Below are positions 40,912-53,509 of a DNA stretch of 64,000 nucleotides, piece by piece. Within the stretch, counting starts at the first letter, position 1; each line of letters starts with the position of its first letter. The position numbers and the translations under genes are program-made. The notes under the pieces were generated by a model. That model did not search any database. It was not told the DNA's origin and was given only the letters and a program-made list of their open reading frames with translations. This stretch comes from Trichosphaerium sp. ATCC 40318 (taxonomy: Eukaryota > Protista > Tubulinea). Location: the NCBI GenBank assembly GCA_038496445.1, contig JALMLS010000361.1, positions 62,001 through 126,000 on the forward strand. The letters run 5' to 3'.

Positions 40912-41145
40912 ACTTGTTATTAATGATAAAACTGACAACAAGCAAAAGTCAACAAATTTATTTATCAGGAACACTTTGGGCGTTTAGATTACCCCAGACG
41001 CAATATAGGGTAACGAGTTACGAGTGCTCACCGAACAGAAACGAAATCACGCTTGACGTTTGAAGAATTTTATTGTAGAGTACAACTTGACACGAATACA
41101 TGTCACAACACCGTTGCGCGTTGTAGATCTATACGTCAATAGCAC

Positions 41146-41773
41146 TTAAGCGTACTTTCTCATGACGTTCAACAAACAGTATTGTACAGCGAGAGGGTTC
41201 TTCCACTCGTACAAATCAACAGTACTAATGTAATTGAGAAAATGATGTCTAAAGGAGAAAAAAAGTGCGTACACGAAAATTTCGGTGCTCTTGAAACCGA
41301 GGCTCTCTAAAGCCTTTAAAAAGTTACCAATGTTTTCCATTTGAATGAATGGCATTTTACCTACGCGTAAGTTAGGTTTGAGCAAAAATAAAATAACTGG
41401 TGAAAAGAAGCGTTGTAAAGAAGGTGTAGTGCGAGGAGTGCCATTTTCACCAATACTGCGGTTTATACGTACTTGCTTTAGCGTTTTTGCAGCATCCACT
41501 TTGAAGAGCGTTAGCTAGCTTACATAGAGCAACCTAACGTCGGTGAGCAACAAAAAGAACAGCCGGGTTACATACACCGCTTTTGAAAGCCTCATGGAAA
41601 GTACCCTCTACAGCACCAATCTTAGATTCAATCCATTGTCTGATATCTTGCTCTTTTTGTTGGCTGTATTGCGAGTCTTGCTTTGCTTTTACTTCAGAAG
41701 AGAGTCCTTTTTTTGGGCTTAGTTTATTATCTTTACGCGTAGACGTACCGTATCTAGGTCCGTGGTTTGCCAT
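41146..41773 (-). CDS. Calponin/transgelin-like CH-domain protein
   Basis: MANHGPRYGLSSEVKAK..KSGV.LC..KMPFIQMENIGNFL..F.TVDLYE. Confidence 0.9.
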
Positions 41774-41950
41774 TTGTGTTGTTTATGTAGTTTCTTTTTT
41801 ACTGAAAAATGTAGAAAAAAATAAAAAACCATTTGGGCATAAATAGTTCGCGGTTGGCATTATAGTGTAATGTCAATCATACACTTCCTCTACTTCATTC
41901 TTACGTATTACAACAAGCAGTACAAACTTTTTTATTACAACTGCATCGTT

Positions 41951-44458
41951 TTAATCTTCATCTTCCTTTTTATCTTCCTTTTCCGGACACCCGTCTTGTA
42001 TCCATTCCACAAACTCGTCAATGAGGGTTGGCCATGATCCTAGATTAAAAGAAAACAGAGTGAGAACAAGTTGATTTAGCGGCCAACTGATGCGTACCTA
42101 AAGGATCGTATTCGTCAAGATTCTCTGGATACTCTTCAACAAAGTCCAAAAGAAGCAGCCAAACATCCCCTCTAATAAATTCTCCATTTTGATTCAGGAA
42201 CTTAACCCAAGTTTTGTAAAGTTTCCATTCAATCTTGTATTGTGCGAAGAGTAAATCCCAGACCATGAGAGCTTCTTCAATGGCTGTACAAAGTGAGTCA
42301 TTAAACATAGTCACTACTAAATAACGTACACAAAATAGTCTTGTCTTCCTTTAAATAGCCGAATACAAACTTGTAGAAAGCTTTGAATGCTTTTCTGTCT
42401 TTAATCAAGTTATCATTCCATTCTTTCGTCTTTTGCTTCATCTGCTCAATTGTTGCACATCCGTGAATAGACCTAAGGCACTACATCAGCAAAAGAAAGT
42501 AAAGAAACAGGAAAAAATCTCCATACCATCCATTCATCCATTCTACTTTGGAAAACGACCAAACGGCAGTACAGTTTAGCTTCCAAGCGACAACCAATAA
42601 AGTAGGATCCTTTTCAATATCTACTCCAATATCTTGCGAGAATTGAATGGTACCTGTACCTACAATAGCTTCTTCCCAGTCATCTTCATCGTCATCTTCA
42701 GGTTCTTCATCCTCGATACCGATTTCTAACAAAAACAATAAGGACTGAAAAGATAAACTGATATTTCTTACTTTTGTAGTGCTGGTACAATTGCTCAAGT
42801 TTAGCACCTCCTTTTTTATCAAGGTTTTGTAGGAGTGGATTAAATCCTTCAGGCTCAACTTTGAACGGTTGTTCTCCAAAATTAACTGATACTTTTGCAT
42901 TTTGTAGAATTATAGTAGGAGATAAAATAATCATTCTTGAAATCTCAGGTGAATCAAATAAAGTTCCCACTTTAACACCGTTACGCCAAACGTAGATATT
43001 TCGCTCCTATATTACCAATAAGATTTTATACTATTCAATATACATAGAGATACGTACAACGAGATCAGCAGCAATAGTAATAACATCATTTCTTTGCCTG
43101 GCAAAAGATTAGAATCTATCTAAAGACAGAATATTTCAACCATACCATCGGTCATTGTTCTTGAAGTCGACGACTTTGCCTTTAATTGATTTTCTACCTT
43201 GGTTTGTGATAAAGAATCCATAGTCGTCAGTTTCCTGTCAAGAAAAAATGTCATTTCTAAGTACTATTTTTAAGGCAATTTGACGCTTACCCGTTTAAAT
43301 TTTTGTGTAGCCCACCCAACTTTGATAGTACCACGACAATTCAAAACTGTAACTTCGAAGAACCAGTTCGCTGCTTGTACACGCACATCACTTCTAGCAA
43401 TGCCCATGGAACCACTAGTATGCTCTAGTTCTGTCTATGTACAACATCAGTAATCATTTTTAAACTACATTATTAAACATGCCTTTTTGACTCGAATGCT
43501 ACCGGTGACTGTATTAAAACCTGGATTAGGAGGTCCCTATTAAAAGTAAGATATCACTACAAAAAAAATTACACTTACAGATCTAGCTTGTATTGAGTTG
43601 TTCAATTCCTCTTTGGAGTCTTTGTCCTCTTGGATAACCACGTAAGCTGATTTTTTTAATTGTATATCTGCACGTGTTAGTCAGGTGACTTTTTTTTTCT
43701 ACGTGCCTTTTTGATTCCAGTTAGACGATATATGGAGTTGGTTCTGTGGCTCGGTGACCTCTTCTGAGTCTTCTTTTTCGTTTTGTTTACGTGAAGATTT
43801 TGGCGTAGCTTTAACATCACCGTACTGTATCTTCATGTGTATACGACCTGAAACGTGCTCCTTTGATTTTCCTGGCCTCCTGGATAGAGTGAACCAATCA
43901 TCAAGCGCTTCTTGTGAGTTGAGAAGTTCTAAACCAATTTTTTTTAGCGAAATGATTCTTTGTGTTTTTTGGTAGAATCATTTACCTGTATTAAACTTAA
44001 TGGTAACAAGGCCCATGAATTTGTCTTTTAGGAACTTGTGTTTATCCCACACCATTACCTATTTGTTGGTTAGTGAAGGGTTACTTCCTAAACTGTACTT
44101 TTAGACCAGTGAATCCGGTTCCAACATCACTGCGCGTAGGGTGTCAGTGGTACCGTTTTAATCTTTGCCTGTAAAAAGAAACGCACAATTTTAGCGTTTC
44201 CTGCCACTTCGGGTTTAAATTGTTTTTTATAACTGCCGTGCGTTTCGATTTGTTGATTCTTTCGCCTGCTGAGCCAAGTAGGGATATCACGCAGTAAGGA
44301 TCAGATCTAACGTTACGTTGGTGTGATAAATGATAGTAACACTACCTGAATTTATTGTTTTTAGGTGCTAGGTTCTTGCCTTCAACGACTATGTAGGATT
44401 AATAATACAAATGACTAGAATACGTACCACTAATCTTCAGTGGCTTGGTGGATGCCAT
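41951..44458 (-). CDS. C2 - SPRY - DCN1 (neddylation co-E3) fusion protein
   Basis: C2: VVEGKNL..SDPY..NLNP.W..WDKHKFLKDKFMG. SPRY: WFFEVTV..IKVGWA..IYVWRNG. DCN1: LVVAWKLNC..FSKVEW..FYKFVFGYLK..WDLL..W..FL..DVWLLLLDF..YDPLGSWPTLIDEFVEW. Confidence 0.85.
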
Positions 44459-44621
44459 TGTACTGACTTTTTAACGAACGAAGTGCCAGAAGTCAACATG
44501 AGTTCTACGTTTAAACAAAAGTAGTTCTGTTTGTTAGAAGGTAGCTGGGTGTTGTAGACGCCGAAATTTCAGCTGTCTTCTAACCAATAGTGTAAAATGG
44601 ACCAAGCCAGAGACGAAAAAG

Positions 44622-47600
44622 ATGCAGTACGACCCAAACCAGTGCGTAGTATGTTACTAAAGTGTTTAAGGTTACTTTGTCCAGTTTTGTACATAAACTG
44701 GGTAAAGGTACACGTATATGGGTCAAGGATAGAAAAGAAGGTTATGTAGCGGGTATGTACCGCGATTGCGCTTATTAGGGAATCTTCTCCAATTTCATGC
44801 GTTTCATTGGCTCGCAATAGTGATTTACATGAAATAGGTACCGTGCACTCGACAGATGGTGTCATGGTAGAGTACATTCGAGACGATGATGAAGAAGATC
44901 GGGTAAGTTGCAACCTTATTGCGCAACAGTCGTTTATGAACGGTACATAGATAAAAAAGGTAAAAGCAGACGACACGTTTGTTCGCAATCCGCAACTCCT
45001 CGAAGGCGCTGACGACCTGACAACGTTGTCATTTCTGGTTCGTACAAACCCGCGGATTGTTGGTATTTTACTTACACACTACAAGCACGAAGCAGCTGTA
45101 CTCCATTCTCTTCGGCATCGCTATGCCATGAACCAAATATACACATACTCAGGACCTATTTTGATAGGTAAGTTTATGATGTGACATGTGTCACAATGTC
45201 ATGATGCAATGTTATTTTGTTAATTAGCTAACTTTTTTTTTAAGCTATAAATCCATACCAACGCTTGCCTATTTATTCAGGTGCGCCCTCCAAGGAAAGA
45301 TATTGTATTAATCACTGCAAATAGAGTCTTTGGTATCTGCTTACAGAGGGAAAGCTTTGGGCCAGTTAACACCTCATATTTATGCAATAGCAGATTATTC
45401 TTACAGAATGTTGAGGATGGGTATTACTTGCAGTATTTTTTAACTTCTAATACGTGTTGTAGGTAAAGACCAGTCTATTCTTGTTTCTGGAGAGTCAGGA
45501 GCAGGCAAAACTGAATCAACGAAAGTACGTTTATAAGATTGTTTTGAAAGACTTACAATATGCTAGATACTATTACAATATTTTGCAACAGTGACACCTA
45601 AACGCCAAGGAGAAGATGTTGCTGATATATCTTTTAAAGTATTACAAACTACTGCTCTTTTAGAAGCGTTTGGTAATGCCAAAACTCTTCGGTGAGAAAT
45701 ACAAGTATGGTTCAATAGATAACAGATTTGTAGGAATGATAATTCCAGTAGATTTGGTAAATTCATTGAGCTCCAGTTCAACAGCTCTGGTGTAGTTGCA
45801 GGTGCAAAGATACATACATACCTATTAGAGAAATCCCGTATTGCAAGGCAAAATGAAGGGGAGCGTAATTTTCACATTTTCTATCAGGCAAGTATCTTCT
45901 TGTTTCAACAGTTATCATATCATTAACAAATTATCCAGCTCTGTCACGCACCATCTGAGCTACGTAATAAACTAAAGCTCGGTGAAGTAGATACATACCA
46001 TTATTTAAATACAACTGGATGTCTTAACATTCCTTCTGATCCAGACGATGAAGGTATTGGTTTTCTGTCGCTTTTTTAGTCTTTTCAAACATCTTGTAGG
46101 GTTTATGAGAACTTCTAATGCCTTGATGACACTCGGTATTGGTAAACAGGAACAAGAACAGTTATTTAAAATAGCAGCAGCTATCTTACATATTGGTAAT
46201 ATCACGTACGCTTACAAGTTACATTTTATTTGTAAGAGTTTCTAAATTATTTTCAGATTTGCCGAAAACGGAAAGGATCAGGCTGTTGTAACAAATAAAG
46301 CTGCGCTGACAACTGCGTGTGAACTCCTTGAAGTATCTGCTCCAGATCTAGAAGCAACACTCACGTGGCAAACAGTTAAAATGATGAAGGAGAGCTACAA
46401 AGTAAACAACAAACATGACTTTGTGCCATACTAATTAATTGCAGAAACACTTTAATAACGAAGAGGCATGTGGCGCGAGAGATACGCTAGCCATGATGAT
46501 ATATACCAAACTATTCGACTTGTATGTACATACAGTACCTATTTATGTTAAGCAACATCTAGGCTGATTATTCTTATCAACAAAGCGATTAATAATGAAG
46601 AAAAGAGAGTTAATATGATAGGCATTCTTGATATTTACGGTTTTGAGAGTTTTGAGAATAACAGTTTCGAGCAGTTTTGTATTAACTACGCCAATGAGAT
46701 GTTACAGAACCAATTTAATCACGTACAAACCATAAAACTTTTAATTAAAGCTTCAGTTGAAACTAACATATTTAAGCATATTTTCAAACTTGAACAAGAT
46801 GTGTACACAAAAGAAGGCATTGATTGGTCTTTTGTTAAGTTCAGGGACAATCAAGTACGCTTTACCTGTCCAAAAGGACCATGCACAAAATTATTCTAAC
46901 TATGGTTTTTAGGGATGTATTAATCTGATAGAAAGTAGAATGGGTATCCTAAGTATCTTGGATGATTGTTGTCGTATGGGTAAATCCACACCACAAAGCT
47001 TAGCTCAGTACGCCAGTGTTATTTGATTTGAGGTCTTACTTTATCATAGGAAGTTGATTGAGACACTGAGAACCAAGCCATACTTTAAAGTAGGCAGATT
47101 TGGTAACACAACATGTACGAATGAGTCCAACAACAACTGGCACATAACTAACTTTTATTTCTAGTCACTGTTGATCATTATGCTGGTAGCGTAACATATG
47201 ACACAGAGCGTTTCTTAGAGAAGAATAAGGTATGTTAAAGCAATGGTTTGTCGTTTTGTGTACTTAATTTTTTGCCACAGGATTTTGTTATTCAAGAACA
47301 AGTCGCTATTTTACAAAATAGTACATCGCCTATGGTGAAAGCTCTTTGTGCTTCAGGTCCAAAAAAAGCGCCACCACCAAAGAAAAGATTTGGAAGACGA
47401 AGGCAGCCTCAAGGAGGACAATCTGTTAAGTTTAAGAGTGTAGCAACACAATTCAAAACTTCTCTTAAAAAACTAATGAAGACTATTGCTGCAACGGAGC
47501 CTATTTATGGTACGTTTATGGTAGTGTACTTTTTATATCTCACAATGATGATTTAGTGCGTTGTATAAGACCGAATGACTACAAAGAGCCCAACAGCTAC

Positions 47601-50600
47601 GAGTGGCAGGACGTCCTACACCAGGTATGTGAGACATGTTTTTTGTGTTACTTTTTTGGCATCGTGCCACTTGCTGTTTTTTGACACAATTTTGTTAGCT
47701 TAAATGCAGTGGTGTACTAGATAGTATACGTATTTACCGTGCTGGATTTCCTTCAAGGAAAAAATACGACGAAATGTTTCAACGTTACAGGATTCTACTA
47801 GTACCTCATAAAATTCCAGAGCCTAGTGCTGATATATCAGTAAAAAAAGAAGCTGCAACTAGACTAATGGCAAGAACAAAAGTTGACAAAGAAAACTGTA
47901 TCCTTTTTGGATTTTCATTCGTGTCTTTATTGACCTGCTTTCTTTCGTTTAACTCTCAAAAGATAAATTTGGGCTAACACGTGTCTTCATGAAACCTGGT
48001 ATTCTTGCAATTCTGGAAGAGCTCAGAACAAGGGTAAGCTGGTGTTGGTTTTTTCTTGTTTTTATCATCCTTTTGATTTGATTCTTTCTTTTCTTATTTT
48101 CTTGTAGATCCTTGGGAAAGCAGCTACATCAATACAGAAAGTTTGGAAGGGTAAAAGAACGCGCAGGTGGTACAAGAAAACTAGAAAGCAAATTATTATG
48201 CTTCAAGCAAGTATGGCGTACAAACATCTCTCATGTGTTATGTTAATTTGATTTTAAATAGCTTTCAGACGTGCTACTTCTTTCAACGTCTTCAATAAAA
48301 AACGTGAGATATCGTGTGTAACTACTCTTCAGAGTCATGTACGCCGATATCTAGCTTGGAATTACTTGAAGAAACATAAAGAGGCAGCATCCAAGATACA
48401 ACGCGGTACGTCTTCTCTTATGTTTTCCCTTTCCTGCAATTTTCTTACTGCAAGCAAAACCTTTACACTTTATGTTAGTATACAGAGACTTTATTATACG
48501 TAAGAAAATATTATCAAGGATTAAGGATGCTGGTATCTCAATGGTTCAGGCTTGGTTCAGATCGTGGAATGCACAAACTTACTTTCAAAAATTGCGTGCT
48601 GGTACGATTATAGCACAAGCACGATGGCGTGCCAAAGGACCAAGGTATGTTTATACACATGTTAAAAGTGCTTTGTGCTTATAATTTTGTAGGAGAGAAC
48701 TACGCCGTATGAAACTGGAGATTAAAGAGCGTGAAAGGAATAAGATTAACCAGATAGAACAAGAAAAAAACAACCTTGAGATTCAAGCTGAGGTGTTGAC
48801 TAATAAGGTTGGCCTTGCGCACTCTCAAGTACAAGGAATGGCTAAAGAAAAGCGCCGTATGGAACGTACTATACTGAAACAGAAAAAGAAACTCAAAGAA
48901 TGGAAGTTGTGTTATGATGAACTTGAAAATGAAGTGAACGTAGCTGCTAAAGAGTTTGAGAAACAAAAAGAAGCAATGGAAAGAGAGGTACTCCATTTCT
49001 TTTATGCATTGATGCGACCTTATCTAATGCGATCAATAGGCCAAGAGGTACGCAAAGGAGATAAAAGTCATGAAGCGTCTGTACAAGGTATAGCTTTACT
49101 TGAGTTTAAACGAACAAGTTCTCAGGTTTTTTCCTGTTTTATTCTTATCCGCCTTACAATGGATTTTTTTAGGAGAAGAATGCTCATTTCCAGAAATTAA
49201 ATGAAGAAGTCGTGATGCTTAATGATGATGTAACTCATGAAAAGACTAAAGCAGATGAAGCTACTTCACTTGTTGCTACACTCCGTGAGCAAAACAGATT
49301 GCTTACAGAAGAAAACGAGAAATATAAACAGCTTCTTGAGGAACAACATCGTATAAATAGAGAGTTAAAGAGACCTCAAAAGGCTAGGAATAGTGATGTT
49401 ATTGATCTTCAAATGGATACATTAACTCAAACTTTAATGCAAGTGTCACAAAACTTTTCAGTTAATGACGGTATGAGAAAATCAACAATATGCCTATTAT
49501 CCTTACACTCTTTTGTTTAGCTCAATTACTTATTGTTGGAAAGACACTTAACAATGTGTCTCGTATAGAGAGTGTTCTAAACAATATACCTGCACCTGCT
49601 TTGATTATATTCAGGTACAATCCAACACTGAAGCTCACTGCCAAGCAAGTTCACAATAAACTTATGTTATTGTTTTTTAGGGCTTTATTAAATTGGGACT
49701 ATCTCAGTGAAGATAGATATAATTTAGACAAAGAATTGGCTCCAAAGTGTGACCAAGTATTGTCTTTTGTTATCAAGTCATTGTACATCCTCGTAAAGGT
49801 AGGTTAACTTTTTTGTATTGGTTAACATTCTGGTAGACCATCAAGAACTCAAGAGAGGACTTGACTTATTGGCTAAGTAACTTAGTTATGTTATATCACT
49901 TGTGTAACCAAGCATGTCCTGAACCATCGATGGATCTTATTGATGTAATAGCCGAGGAAGAGAGCTTCAAAATACGAGGTACGCACTTCAACGAGAACAA
50001 CATTTACATTCCTCAAAGTATTACCCTTTTGTGTAGAAGAGAAAAAACACTTTAAAATATGGAATGATGACAACCAAGAATCGTCAAGAGTTACCACTAG
50101 AGGTAACGGTATATGTTCTCCAAAGAAATTCCTTGGAGAACTTCGAAAATTACTATCTACTCTATTTGTTGTATTACTTCGATCTTTGATAAGAGAAGTT
50201 ACTCCAATAGTACAACAAGTGTTCCTTACAAATGACCCAGAAGTTGCAGTACGTCATAAACATCTTTTGTTAGTCACGTGTGCTAATGTGGTTCTTAGCT
50301 TGAACAACTTGATTACCTACAAGAAGTCTTTGCAGAGATTCAACAGACATGTCAAGTGTACGTTTGTTGCCTTTTTTAGGAGAAAACACTTGTTTTTAAT
50401 GATTTTATTTTCTCTTCTGATATTTGTTGTTAGTAAGGGTATGACTGAGGGTATTTCTCGTCAGCTTATTATGCAACTTCTTAAACAAACGAATAAGATT
50501 ATATTTAATGAGTTTGTACTTCGTGCTGATCTATGTAACTTTGAAGGAGGTACCGTCTTTTTAGTTTTCTTCTAGTAAAACTAGTTCAAGTGTATCTTTT

Positions 50601-51256
50601 TCTGTTGCATCTGCTTTAATTTCACACTTTCTTTTTAGCTATACAACTGAAGATGTCACTGTCTAGCTTCATAGACTCTGTCAGAAGAAGTGGTGGACAT
50701 AGTATTGAGGAAGTCAGTGATTGTTATAGTCACTGTCTTCATTTGATTGCTGTCATAATGTGCAGCAAGGCCGAGCTTGTAAACCCAGAGTTTAGAGCAG
50801 AAATATGTCCTAGTTTGACAAGCTCTCAAGTTAAACAAATCCTTGCCATATATTATTGCTCTAAAGAAGACAACGACCCTGTACCAGGTATGTTTACTTT
50901 AAATTTTTTTTTTTCTTGCTCTTACAAGAAGTCACGTGACTTCTTTTGTTTAATTTTTTTGATTGAACTTGTTTTGACTTATACGCCTTTCTAGTTGAAG
51001 TTCTTAATGCACAAGATACTGGTAATATTGACCAAACGCTTCTTCTTGAACCTAAGCTCAATGGACTTGACATTACATCATTAGATACAATACAAGTATG
51101 TACTCGGTTTTTTTTACCATTTATTGATTTGTGTTTAGATCCAAGATGTTACTCGTATACGAATGCCTGCATCTATTATAAAGATATTTACTACAGTAAA
51201 TCAACCTCAAGAAAGCGCTCCTAGACGTCCTGCAACAAGTAGAGCAAGCAGAGTAA
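44622..51256 (+). CDS. Class V/XI-type myosin (motor, IQ motifs, coiled coil, DIL domain)
   Basis: [35 protein letters not shown]. Several IQ motifs, a coiled coil, YWLSN and [13 protein letters not shown] (DIL). Confidence 0.95.
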
Positions 51257-51411
51257 TTAGTCGTGGGTTTTTTAGTGGGTTTCTTGGTTCTAATAACAAT
51301 CAATAGCAATACTTAGTACATAGGTAGCAAGATACTGGTACTAGTTGTATTATAAAATAAACATAACAATTGAAGTTCTAAATTACCATTGTCATGCCAA
51401 CGTTTGCTCTA

Positions 51412-52355
51412 CTATGCGTTTACCATTGCAATAATCGGTAATGCTCTTTTGATGGTTGCTATAATGCAGGGCGCCTTGTTGTTCTTATTAGCAACCTATT
51501 AGTGATATGTGTTATTCATGTAAGTACAAATAAATAATGCTTCTCTACTTATCATAGCCACCCTGGGCACGGACTTCGTACTAGAATGCAACTAATTTAA
51601 GCGCATTTATTTTATTTTATGTACACTAATAATGCAATCCTTTACAGATGTTATGAGTGTAGTAGTCATGCTCATGTATTGCAACGCCAATTCCATCTTC
51701 TCTGTACCTTCAATATGTACTACTTGTCGTACAACTGTGCTATGCCAATTTGAAGCATGTGTCGGTTGCCACGTGCCACTTTCACCATTGGCACTCGTAT
51801 CACCAAGTTGAACACGATATCTAAGCCACGCAGTACTTGTATATGCCATCCCAGAGAAGACAACAAGAAATGTACCAGGTCCATCAATACTTCCTGAAAT
51901 GACTGTTTTCCAGGTATTCTGTGGAAGATTTGCTATTGTATACTCGCTACAGAAGAGTGTATGCGCATTCTCTAAGATGTGAAGGCGATTGCTGTTCTTT
52001 TGGGAACTATCAAGTGTCTCAGGACCAAGAATAATGTCAGTAATAAAGTTTTCAGATGTTATCTGTATTAACCCCTATGAATCATATTTTAGCTCTAAGA
52101 GTTTAATAGTTGTCACTGTACGTCATCTGATATGGATTGTATAGACCAATTTGCATTTCTGGCAACGGTTTCAATGCGGTTTAATTCAATACCTTCGGGT
52201 ACGCTGTAGACATGCTTGTACGACTGCCTTGATGACTCTTGTATTAAACTAAACACTAACGAAGCTGTACCATCCGCATTTGATTGTTGTTTGATAAATA
52301 AAGAATAAACAATGCCTTCGCGCACAAGACGATGTAATGGTGCTTCCTCTGCCAT
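51412..52355 (-). CDS. Hypothetical beta-rich protein
   Basis: Four in-phase exons, MAEEAPLHRL...IIAMVNA*. No family recognised. Confidence 0.55.
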
Positions 52356-52539
52356 GTTACGCTTCGGTTTGAACACGTGTTGACTTTTTTTTGCTTGTCA
52401 GTTCCTACAGGAACAAGAGCACTTGGCTAACTTAACATGCACCTATCAATCAAAAAAAATCAAGTGTCTATTCGTGAAGAGTGTAATTAAGATATTTCAT
52501 CTTATATTTAGTTTATTTGTCTGTGATACAAAATATGGA

Positions 52540-53245
52540 TTATATTGCTTTGACATCTGCATCAGTTGGTAAAGCGACTTGGGAGTAAGAGTTTACAACC
52601 TACAAAAGAAAATCAAAAAAAATTTCTGGTTAAATCACATGTTCACATACCGCCTTTGGAACTCCCGTACATGTAACTGAGACTTCATCAAACATTGAAA
52701 TACCCAAAACTTTGTAAACTCTGAACTTATCTTTATCAGATATGGCAGCCAAGACATAATCATCTTTTTTGACCTTTGGCTTTGGTTTTCGATTGATTTT
52801 AATCATTTTATCAAAAGTAGCTTCTGTTGGACCATCAGCATGTACACTAGTGCACTCTACCTAAAACAGGAACTGAATAAGTACATCTTTATCGACCTTG
52901 GCCTTCTAAAACTAAAAATAGCTCGTTGTGAAAGGCTTTTACATCTGTAAGGTACAAAAAAAAAGATTGTTGTTTGTTTGTAAACAACAAAATTCTGTTA
53001 TCGGAACTAGAGTAATCGTTAAAGAATACACTGCTTCAAGGAAGTAAACCACAAAAATTACACTTTCGATTTCTTTTTTGTCAATGCGTTCACCCAAAAA
53101 TACAAGTACTTTACGCATAGAAAATCATGTAGTATACCTTTTTCTCTTCTTCTGATACTTTTGTTACTTTAGCAGCGATAAAGTGAGCCCCGAACGCATC
53201 AGACCCTTTAACTACGAATTCGTCACCTACTGCGTATGTTGTCAT
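52540..53245 (-). CDS. Small hypothetical protein (about 125 aa)
   Basis: MTTYAVGDEFVVKG..|VECTSVHADG..|VVNSYSQVALPTDADVKAI*, in-phase GT-AG exons. Confidence 0.6.
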
Positions 53246-53509
53246 GGTTGTTTAGTCTTCTGAATAATGCTAAATGCAACTTGAGACAATAAGAGTTAAG
53301 CCAATTCCTAGTAGTAGTTTTCACATGAAAAAAACGTGAAAAAGTTCACGTATTTTTTTTGCGTTCTCTCAAAAACTCCTCTCTTCATTTCTGTTCCACA
53401 CTTACTTTACCACCCGTAGTGGCGCTTATTTACATTTTACAAGCCAGTTTTTTTTTACAGTTTCGGGTTTGGGTTTGGGCTGTGTCTGATTATTCTTGAC
53501 GTGTCTTTT

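Noticed and set aside
53463-53479. GGGTTT telomere-like repeats
   Set aside because: Only 2-3 units in a 3' flank; compatible with chance.
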